Shown piece by piece: positions 8,937 to 14,943 of a stretch of DNA of 14,943 nucleotides. A program made the position numbers and the translations under genes. Origin of the DNA: Candidatus Heimdallarchaeota archaeon (GTDB taxonomy: Archaea; Asgardarchaeota; Heimdallarchaeia; Hodarchaeales; Hodarchaeaceae); assembly GCA_019057635.1 (NCBI GenBank), contig DXJL01000038.1, positions 1 through 14,943 of the forward strand. The letters run 5' to 3'. Position 1 is the first letter of the stretch. Each line of letters opens with the position of its first letter. A model generated the notes under the pieces. It saw only the letters and a program-made list of their open reading frames with translations, was not told the DNA's origin and did no database searches.

Positions 8937-9167
8937 TCATTTTCTCTTCGAAACACGTATAATTTTGACTGTAGATCCAATCCAATTCTTTGGTAAATAG
9001 ACACGGCCCGTATTTCCACTTTGTTTCACCTCACGTTCAATCATTTCAAATCCAGTAACTTTCAATTCTGATGGTAGCTCTTCTACTGGCTCAACCACAT
9101 CATTCACCACTTTTATTATACGTTTCGGTCGTTTGTCAGGAACGTTTATTATATAGGAACCCTCCAA
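8937..9167 (-). CDS. DUF2080-like small protein (AbrB/swapped-hairpin-like putative DNA-binding protein)
   Basis: EMIEREVKQSGNTGRVYLPKNWIGSTVKIIRV matches the DUF2080 pattern (V+xxGNSxxVxLPxxWxGxxV+II); first gene of the operon; TTG start just downstream of a TATA-like box. Confidence 0.75.
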   Translation of the reverse strand: MEGSYIINVPDKRPKRIIKVVNDVVEPVEELPSELKVTGFEMIEREVKQSGNTGRVYLPKNWIGSTVKIIRVSKRK

Positions 9168-9195
9168 GATCTTTTTATTCTTTAGTTGGTATTAC

Positions 9196-9203
9196 TATAT
9201 ATA
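9196..9203 (-). promoter_or_regulatory. Putative archaeal TATA box for the DUF2080-GNAT-bzd operon (near-leaderless transcript)
   Basis: TATATATA lying 29-36 nt upstream of the TTG at 9167; no Shine-Dalgarno sequence before that start. Confidence 0.5.
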
Positions 9204-9240
9204 TGCCTTGTGGCTGCTAAGAGTTCACTATGTGATAATA

Positions 9241-9247
9241 TTATAAA
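9241..9247 (+). promoter_or_regulatory. Possible TATA box for the moaD-AOR operon
   Basis: TTATAAA in the divergent intergenic region, about 95 nt upstream of the ATG at 9340; the region is AT-rich, so specificity is low. Confidence 0.3.
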
Positions 9248-9339
9248 CTCATAATCAATGGACCCAAAAAAATATAGTTGGGAAAAATTGAAGAATACTA
9301 AACATAGGTTTAATGATTGTTTGATCGAGACTGAGAATT

Positions 9340-9624
9340 ATGATGAAAGAGAGTATTGAAATCATCTTTACTGCAACTTTCAGAGAAATCACAAAAAAGA
9401 GGAAAATCATTGAAGAAATTAATGAGGATTGTACTTTTGAAAGAATTTTAACACGTTTAGTGAAAAAGTACGGTAATGATTTTAACAACGTAATTAACTC
9501 TCAAACAGGTAAAATTTCTAGCGATATTCTTATAATGTTGAATGGAAAAGGAATCAGAGATATTGATGAGAAAATTAAAGATAAAGATGTTTTGATATTC
9601 AGTCTTCCTGTAGGTGGCGGTTAA
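9340..9624 (+). CDS. moaD: MoaD/ThiS/SAMP ubiquitin-like sulfur carrier
   Basis: Beta-grasp pattern (IIFTATFREIT...ILIMLNGKGI...KDKDVLIFSLPVGGG) with C-terminal diglycine; adjacent to an AOR-family gene, a common context. Confidence 0.88.
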   Translation: MMKESIEIIFTATFREITKKRKIIEEINEDCTFERILTRLVKKYGNDFNNVINSQTGKISSDILIMLNGKGIRDIDEKIKDKDVLIFSLPVGGG

Positions 9625-9639
9625 ACAGGTGTTGTTACA

Positions 9640-9786
9640 ATGAATGAAGTCAGATGTTTAAATTGTTTGAAACGCTTTCAAGTTCAACTAAATAGTGAAA
9701 AAGCTGAATGCCCTCAATGTAATACTCAATATAGAATATCTTGGCCAAAGCCAGATCAACCAAAGATTCGTGGTTTAGCAAAATAA
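9640..9786 (+). CDS. 48-aa zinc-ribbon microprotein (CxxC-x14-CxxC), absent from the ORF track
   Basis: Manual translation: MNEVRCLNCLKRFQVQLNSEKAECPQCNTQYRISWPKPDQPKIRGLAK*; AGGTG RBS at 9626-9631; fills the moaD-AOR gap (15 bp and 19 bp spacers). Confidence 0.8.
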   Translation: MNEVRCLNCLKRFQVQLNSEKAECPQCNTQYRISWPKPDQPKIRGLAK

Positions 9787-9805
9787 ATCGTTAAAGGTTT
9801 TTACT

Positions 9806-11698
9806 ATGGTTTGGAATAGGAAAATCGCGCATATTAATCTAACCTCTGGGAAGGTACAGACTAAAAAAATCTCTAAATCCCTTCGGAAACAATTCCTAGG
9901 AGGGAGAGGGCTTAATATGTACTACCTATATCAATACATTAAACCTGGAATTGACCCTTTAGGCCCTGAAAATGCTTTATTTATAGGAACTGGCATACTT
10001 ACTGGAATTCCAGCTCTCGGTGCTGGGAGATGTGACATTGCAGCAAAGTCACCTTTGACTGGTGCAGTTGGTGATTCTAATATTGGAGGTTTTTTTGCTC
10101 CTGAATTGAGATTTGCAGGTTTTGATCATTTGATGGTAACTGGGAAAGCTGAAAAACCAAGTTATATTTGGATCCATGATGGAGAAGTAACAATTCAAGA
10201 TGCAACCCATTTATGGGGGAAAGATACCTTTGAAACTCAAGATCAAATCCGTTCCGACCACAATGATGAACAGATAAAGAGTTTAGTAATAGGTAAGGCA
10301 GGAGAAAACCTTGTTAGATATGCGAATGTAAGGACTGGTATGAAAAACGCAGCTGGCAGAACAGGGATGGGATGCGTTATGGGCTCAAAGAATTTGAAAG
10401 CAATCGCTACACGAGGAACATTGGATGTAGAGTTTGCCTATCCTGACAAATTACTAGATTATTGTTCAGAAATGAATAATCAAATCACAGGATCACGATG
10501 GGCAAGCGCCCAATCAAAATGGGGAACACTCATAATTTATAGTAATACAAATACTACTGGATTAATTAGAACACGAAATTTCCAGCTAAATCTTCTCGAG
10601 GATGGTGAAAATTTAGAGCCTGAAGTAATGGACGAATATACAATTGGAATGTCTGGCTGTTATGGATGTAGTGTCCATTGTCGTCATCGATATGTACTAA
10701 AAGATGGCCCGTATGCCCCTCTTTTTGGTGAAGGTCCAGAATACACCTCTCTTGGAGCATTTGGTACCATGGTTGGCTGTAAAAAAATGGAAACCGTTCT
10801 AGTTGGTAATCATCTTGTGAATAAGTATGGTATTGATACACTAGAAGTTGGTGGGATCATAGCTTGGGTTATGGAGCTTAATGAGAAAGGTTTACTTTCA
10901 GAAAAATTAACCGATGGCTTAAATCTTGAATGGGGGAATGAAGAGGCTGTTTTTGAGCTCATCAAAAGAATCAGTAAAAGAGAGGGTGATTTAGGGAACA
11001 TACTTGCTGATGGTTTTCTACCAGCAATAGCAAAAATAGGGAAGGAATCAGAGTATTATGCCATGCAAATTAAAGGCATGAGTAATTTACATTCCGATGA
11101 ACGTCCTACACCAAGTTTAGCATTGGGTATCGCAACTTCCACACGAGGTGCGGAGCACTTGAGAAGTCGTCCCGCCATAGATCTTTATGGACTTCCAGAA
11201 GAACTCTTGGAAGAGATTTATGGGGCACCAATGTCTTCAGATTATACTTCATATGAGGGAAAAAGCCGTATGGTCTGGTGGCAGGAACTTTTATATGCAG
11301 TCACAGATTCAATTGGTATATGTAAATTTCAGACTGTTTTTTGTGCTGTACATGCCCCCAAATTCGAAGAATTTTCTAAACTTATTGAGTATACTTCTGC
11401 TCTAAAGATTTCAAAACCTGAGCTTATGGAAATCGGCGAAAGGATAATAACAACAGAGCGAATGTTTAACAATCGCGAAGGATTTTCCAGAAAAGACGAT
11501 AAGCTACCTGAAAGATTCTTTAAAGAACCAACAACCTTAGGACTTCCTATAATCAAAGGAAAGAAGATTGAGAAAGGAAGATTCAATACTATGATTGATG
11601 AATACTATTCCCTCCATGGATGGGATAATAATGGAGTTCCTTCTGAAGAAACGCTTAAGAGGCTTGGATTAGAAAATAAATATTCAATGAATAGCTAG
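9806..11698 (+). CDS. aor: Tungsten-dependent aldehyde:ferredoxin oxidoreductase (AOR/WOR) family catalytic subunit with non-canonical active-site residues
   Basis: FLGGRG, AKSPLTG..GDSNIGG, AAGRTGMGCVMGSKNLKAI, CYGCSVHC plus GICKF [4Fe-4S] ligands, GIDT, RGAEHL, DDKLPERF, EYYSLHGWD..GVP; 630 aa. Confidence 0.92.
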   Translation: MVWNRKIAHINLTSGKVQTKKISKSLRKQFLGGRGLNMYYLYQYIKPGIDPLGPENALFIGTGILTGIPALGAGRCDIAAKSPLTGAVGDSNIGGFFAPELRFAGFDHLMVTGKAEKPSYIWIHDGEVTIQDATHLWGKDTFETQDQIRSDHNDEQIKSLVIGKAGENLVRYANVRTGMKNAAGRTGMGCVMGSKNLKAIATRGTLDVEFAYPDKLLDYCSEMNNQITGSRWASAQSKWGTLIIYSNTNTTGLIRTRNFQLNLLEDGENLEPEVMDEYTIGMSGCYGCSVHCRHRYVLKDGPYAPLFGEGPEYTSLGAFGTMVGCKKMETVLVGNHLVNKYGIDTLEVGGIIAWVMELNEKGLLSEKLTDGLNLEWGNEEAVFELIKRISKREGDLGNILADGFLPAIAKIGKESEYYAMQIKGMSNLHSDERPTPSLALGIATSTRGAEHLRSRPAIDLYGLPEELLEEIYGAPMSSDYTSYEGKSRMVWWQELLYAVTDSIGICKFQTVFCAVHAPKFEEFSKLIEYTSALKISKPELMEIGERIITTERMFNNREGFSRKDDKLPERFFKEPTTLGLPIIKGKKIEKGRFNTMIDEYYSLHGWDNNGVPSEETLKRLGLENKYSMNS

Positions 11699-11699
11699 A

Positions 11700-12200
11700 A
11701 TGGAGAATTTCAGGATGCAGAAATTTTTATTTATAAACCCGGAAAAATGTTCTGGGTGTCGGATTTGTGAAACAGTTTGCTCCCTTCACCACGAAAAAGT
11801 TTGTAATCCAACTTATGCACGAATTCAAGTGATCAAATGGGAAAGTTCAGGTTTATACATACCCATGGTTTGTCAGCAGTGTGAAGATCCAATTTGTGAA
11901 ACTGTTTGTCCAATGGGGGCAGTATTTAAGGATGAAAATACTGGAGCTATTCTGATTGACTATGATCTATGTGTCGGGTGTAAACTTTGTGTTACACATT
12001 GTCCCTTTGGTGGAGTTGTTATAGGTAAAGACGGAAAAATTAAGAAGTGTGATCTTTGTGATGGAGATCCGTTATGTGTTAAGAATTGCGAACCGAAAGC
12101 TCTTCAGTACATTGAGGGAACCACAATTAATTTTCATAAACGCAAAGCTGCCGCTCAAAGATTTTCTGAATTAATGCAAAAATTGTTAGCAGCGACTTAA
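11700..12200 (+). CDS. 4x[4Fe-4S] electron-transfer subunit (DmsB/HycB-like; small subunit of the AOR); alternative start ATG at 11715
   Basis: 16 Cys in CSGCRICETVC, CQQCEDPICETVCP, CVGCKLCVTHCP and CDLCDGDPLCVKNC; begins 1 bp after the AOR stop; GGAG at 11702-11705 favours the ATG at 11715. Confidence 0.9.
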   Translation: MENFRMQKFLFINPEKCSGCRICETVCSLHHEKVCNPTYARIQVIKWESSGLYIPMVCQQCEDPICETVCPMGAVFKDENTGAILIDYDLCVGCKLCVTHCPFGGVVIGKDGKIKKCDLCDGDPLCVKNCEPKALQYIEGTTINFHKRKAAAQRFSELMQKLLAAT

Positions 12201-12202
12201 TA

Positions 12203-13744
12203 TTACTCATGAGTCTTTTTCAATGCAGATCCGACGATTTCTGTAATATCACTAACTTTTATTGGTATCGATTTTCTTTTTGCAGTAATACGAAAGTTCA
12301 TTTGACAAAGAGGACATGCTGTTGTCAACATATCTATATTTAAAGGTGAAAAGTCATCATATAATCTATTAGAAGCAATATCCATACTTATCTGATAATT
12401 AAAATTCCATAATCCGCCCCCTCCGCCACAACATCGTGCTTGAGATCTATTGAACATCATTTCGGTTAGTTGAAGATTTGGTATCATTTTCAAGATTTTA
12501 CGAGGTGCATGATAGACACCACTGTGTCTACCAAGAGAACATGGATCGTGGTACGTGATTTTTGCATTTAAGGGATTAAACTTCAATTTCTTCTTTTTAA
12601 TTTCGTTTTCGATATATTGTGTTGAGTGAAAAACTTTACACGGCAGATCAAGATTGAATATCTCTGGAAAAAGCTTCGTGAAGGTGTAAAAACATCCTGC
12701 ACAGGGAGTAATTACCGTGTTAACCCCTGTTTTTTCAATTTTTTGAATAATTTCCTTTGCAATTATTTTTGCTTCATTCCACAGACCTGATGAAAACAAA
12801 ACATACCCACAACATCCTTCATCTTCCCCTAGCGTTGTAAAGTTAGCTTGAACCGCTTTTAAAATATTATAAAATGCTATGGCGGTTTTAGGAGTACGAC
12901 TTGATACCATACATCCAACCCAATAAAGAATGTCTGGTTTTTCTGAGAAGTTTCTATCAGAGATATCATTTAACCATGCGAAGCGTTTTTCATGTGGAGT
13001 TGCGGCTGGGTCTCCAGTTTTTGATATGTTTGAAGAGGTTGTATAAAATATGCTAGGAGCTAAATTTTTTTCTGCAATCATATTCCTTGTATGAACAATT
13101 GCTTTGTGAAAGTCTGAATGCTTAAAACACTCGCTAAAACAGTTACCGCACTCACTACAAGTATATAAAACATCAATAATTTTTTTTGAAATTTCTAATT
13201 CTCCTTTAAGTAATCCTCTAATCAATAGCATCCTCCCCTTAGCCGACCATGTTTCAACTCCGTCATAAGAACGAGTAATTGTACAATAACTACCAATGGT
13301 GTTATTAAATAAGCATTTAGTTAAGCTACTCTCTGAAAACAATGTCTGTATTGCTGATGTAATGTTATTTTGGACACTATGCGGATTTTTCTGTATCTTA
13401 CGTATAATTAATTCCTTGATATTGGTTGGTTTCTCTGATAAGCGACTAATTTCAGGGATTTTTGTATTATCTAGCAATATAGAGATTTTTGAAGGATTAC
13501 TTAATGGGAATGAATCTGGTGTACTTTTTCTGATTATTTCGACATTTTTTTCTTTCTCCCAATTTAATAATATAGTAGAAATTTCAGATTCATTATCCCT
13601 TACCACAATGTCAAACATTGGATGAATTGATCTTGTATAAATGTTTTCAAAAGAGTAAACATATCGATCTTCAATATCCGTCAGAACTTGAATCTTTGGA
13701 GATAAGCTGCTGAATTCTTTAACAATTTCGCTTACAGATTTCAT
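12203..13744 (-). CDS. HdrD/GlcF-like Fe-S oxidoreductase with two CCG domains, a degenerate first ferredoxin motif and a vestigial GlcD-like N-terminus
   Basis: CSECGNCFSEC; YWVGC...GCCG...TPCAGC; YHDPCSLGR...CCGGGGG...TACPLC; ETWSAKGRMLL is typical of GlcF-like proteins. Confidence 0.82.
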   Translation of the reverse strand: MKSVSEIVKEFSSLSPKIQVLTDIEDRYVYSFENIYTRSIHPMFDIVVRDNESEISTILLNWEKEKNVEIIRKSTPDSFPLSNPSKISILLDNTKIPEISRLSEKPTNIKELIIRKIQKNPHSVQNNITSAIQTLFSESSLTKCLFNNTIGSYCTITRSYDGVETWSAKGRMLLIRGLLKGELEISKKIIDVLYTCSECGNCFSECFKHSDFHKAIVHTRNMIAEKNLAPSIFYTTSSNISKTGDPAATPHEKRFAWLNDISDRNFSEKPDILYWVGCMVSSRTPKTAIAFYNILKAVQANFTTLGEDEGCCGYVLFSSGLWNEAKIIAKEIIQKIEKTGVNTVITPCAGCFYTFTKLFPEIFNLDLPCKVFHSTQYIENEIKKKKLKFNPLNAKITYHDPCSLGRHSGVYHAPRKILKMIPNLQLTEMMFNRSQARCCGGGGGLWNFNYQISMDIASNRLYDDFSPLNIDMLTTACPLCQMNFRITAKRKSIPIKVSDITEIVGSALKKTHE

Positions 13745-13772
13745 AGTACTATCTCAATAGTAGAATAAATGC

Positions 13773-13779
13773 ATATAAA
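13773..13779 (-). promoter_or_regulatory. Putative archaeal TATA box (TTTATAT) for the HdrD/GlcF-like gene, near-leaderless
   Basis: Minus-strand TTTATAT ending 29 nt upstream of the ATG at 13744. Confidence 0.45.
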
Positions 13780-13841
13780 TTACTTGTTCATAATAGTAAA
13801 AGGATTCAATATCTTTAATCATTTGTCTCGAAATGTTGAAA

Positions 13842-13851
13842 TTATATATAA
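13842..13851 (+). promoter_or_regulatory. Putative BRE/TATA box for the dch-had transcript
   Basis: TTGAAA followed by TTATATATAA, about 175 nt upstream of the dch start. Confidence 0.35.
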
Positions 13852-14025
13852 GCAATGATCAAATTCATATCTTAGTACTTAATTTAAACTTTTTCATAAC
13901 GCTAGAGGTCTTTCCTTAAACCCACGTTGAACAGAACGATTCAAGATTGTGGTCTGGCTTGAATTTAATCGAAAATAATCTGATAAATCTGCAATTAGAG
14001 AAACGGAAGCATAGGTGAAGAAAAA

Positions 14026-14790
14026 TTGAGTGATGAATTAATTTTAGTCGAAAAAAGAGATTCTATTGGGAAAATAATCTTTAACAACGGCCCATTAAAT
14101 ATTTTAAATATTGACATGATGAAACAGATCAATAAGACGCTTGATGATTTCCTAGAAGACAATTCTCTCAAAGCGATAGTGTTTGATCACTTTGGAAAAG
14201 CATTCTCTGCAGGAGTCGATGTCGGGGAACACGTGGGGGATACTGCTAAAAAAATGTTAGAAGTATTCCATGGAATGTTTAAAAGGTTAAATCATATGAA
14301 AATACCTACAGTCGCTTGTGTAAAGGGAGCTGCATATGGTGGGGGATGTGAGGTAGCTGCTTTCTGTGATATTGTATTAGCTTCAGAGAAAGCGAAATTT
14401 GGTAATCCAGAAATAAAAGTGGGGGTCTTTCCTCCCGTGTCAGCGGTCATATTTCCTTCTATACTTGGAGAGAAAAAAGCATTTGAACTTATATTACAAG
14501 GAGAGATTATAGATGCGGAAGAAGCACACAGAATAGGCCTTGTCAATCAAGTATTCTCCTTAGAATCTTATGAGCAAGATGTATCTACATTTCTTGAAAG
14601 ATTTAACAAATTAAGTGCTATTGTATTGCAATATTCTAAAAAGGCCATTAAATTAGGAATATCTGACTTTGAGACCAAGTTAGACGAAGTAGAAACTCTT
14701 TATCTCAAAGAACTTATGGCAACAACTGATGCGAATGAGGGTTTACAAGCTTTTATTGAGAAACGTTCGCCTCAATGGCAGAATCGATAA
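14026..14790 (+). CDS. dch: Crotonase-family hydratase, most likely cyclohexa-1,5-diene-1-carbonyl-CoA hydratase (Dch/BzdW/BamR type)
   Basis: PLNILNIDMMKQIN, AFSAGVDVGEH, GAAYGGGCEVA, KFGNPEIKVGVFPP (both catalytic Glu present), DANEGLQAFIEKRSPQW; AGGTGA RBS with TTG start; benzoyl-CoA reductase context. Confidence 0.75.
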   Translation: MSDELILVEKRDSIGKIIFNNGPLNILNIDMMKQINKTLDDFLEDNSLKAIVFDHFGKAFSAGVDVGEHVGDTAKKMLEVFHGMFKRLNHMKIPTVACVKGAAYGGGCEVAAFCDIVLASEKAKFGNPEIKVGVFPPVSAVIFPSILGEKKAFELILQGEIIDAEEAHRIGLVNQVFSLESYEQDVSTFLERFNKLSAIVLQYSKKAIKLGISDFETKLDEVETLYLKELMATTDANEGLQAFIEKRSPQWQNR

Positions 14791-14857
14791 TTATCACTAA
14801 TTTGAGAGATTAGGGAATTTAAACCGAATAATTATAAGAATACGGGAAGAAATTAAT

Positions 14858-14943
14858 ATGAGAGCTGCTGTTTTTGAAGAAGTAAAATCACCATTAATAA
14901 TCAAGGATGATTATCCTAGTCCGAAAATCAATGAATTACAAGG
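14858..14943 (+). CDS. 5' fragment of a Zn-dependent medium-chain dehydrogenase, by context probably 6-hydroxycyclohex-1-ene-1-carbonyl-CoA dehydrogenase (Had/BzdX); truncated by the window end
   Basis: Manual translation MRAAVFEEVKSPLIIKDDYPSPKINELQ resembles the MDR N-terminus (MKAAV....PL.I...P.P); follows dch. Confidence 0.6.
   Translation, partial: MRAAVFEEVKSPLIIKDDYPSPKINELQ

Noticed and set aside
8937-9167. DUF2080 gene as evidence of a mobile element
   Set aside because: No transposase, terminal inverted repeats or target-site duplications are visible; the gene is operonic with metabolic genes.
9255-9488. Hydrophobic 77-aa minus-strand ORF as a membrane protein
   Set aside because: Antisense to the A-rich moaD gene and promoter; the hydrophobicity follows from T-rich codons.
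10566-11586. ORFs 10566..10841, 10810..11001, 11187..11405 and 11329..11586
   Set aside because: Nested in or antisense to the AOR gene, with no motifs.
9806-11698. AOR-family gene as a bona fide class II BCR subunit (bamB)
   Set aside because: It retains AOR-like GPEY and RGxxH motifs, shows no BamB-type W-ligating Cys at that motif, and no bamC-I set is in the window.
13296-14546. ORFs 13296..13625 (+) and 14292..14546 (-)
   Set aside because: Antisense shadows of the HdrD-like gene and dch.
1-14943. CRISPR arrays, tRNA/rRNA genes, tandem repeats, selenocysteine/pyrrolysine readthrough
   Set aside because: None seen by eye; intergenic spaces are short and the full-length proteins end at expected family C-termini.

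Overview
AT-rich, probably archaeal locus for anaerobic aromatic-ring degradation. Archaeal origin is inferred from TATA-like boxes about 30 nt upstream of start codons, GGAGG/GGTGA ribosome-binding sites and a SAMP/MoaD gene; the lineage cannot be fixed from the sequence alone. A minus-strand operon (9167->970) encodes a small AbrB-like/DUF2080 protein, a GNAT-fold protein, a complete ATP-dependent class I Bzd-type benzoyl-CoA reductase (bzdNOPQ), its ferredoxin (bzdM), a BzdV-like NAD(P)H:ferredoxin oxidoreductase with a degenerate GIY-YIG-like tail, and a small CxxC protein. Divergently transcribed is a MoaD/SAMP, an unannotated 48-aa zinc-ribbon protein, a tungsten AOR-family enzyme and a 4x[4Fe-4S] subunit; the AOR appears to have lost the canonical active-site Glu and Tyr. 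These are followed by a convergent HdrD/GlcF-like protein carrying a vestigial FAD-oxidase N-terminus, a dienoyl-CoA hydratase (dch/bzdW-like) and the start of a Zn-dependent dehydrogenase (probably had/bzdX). A ketopantoate reductase with an apparent N-terminal frameshift opens the window. The most novel candidates are the non-canonical W-enzyme module sharing a divergent promoter with the reductase operon, and the AbrB-like + GNAT pair heading that operon. All assignments come from motif recognition, not database searches.
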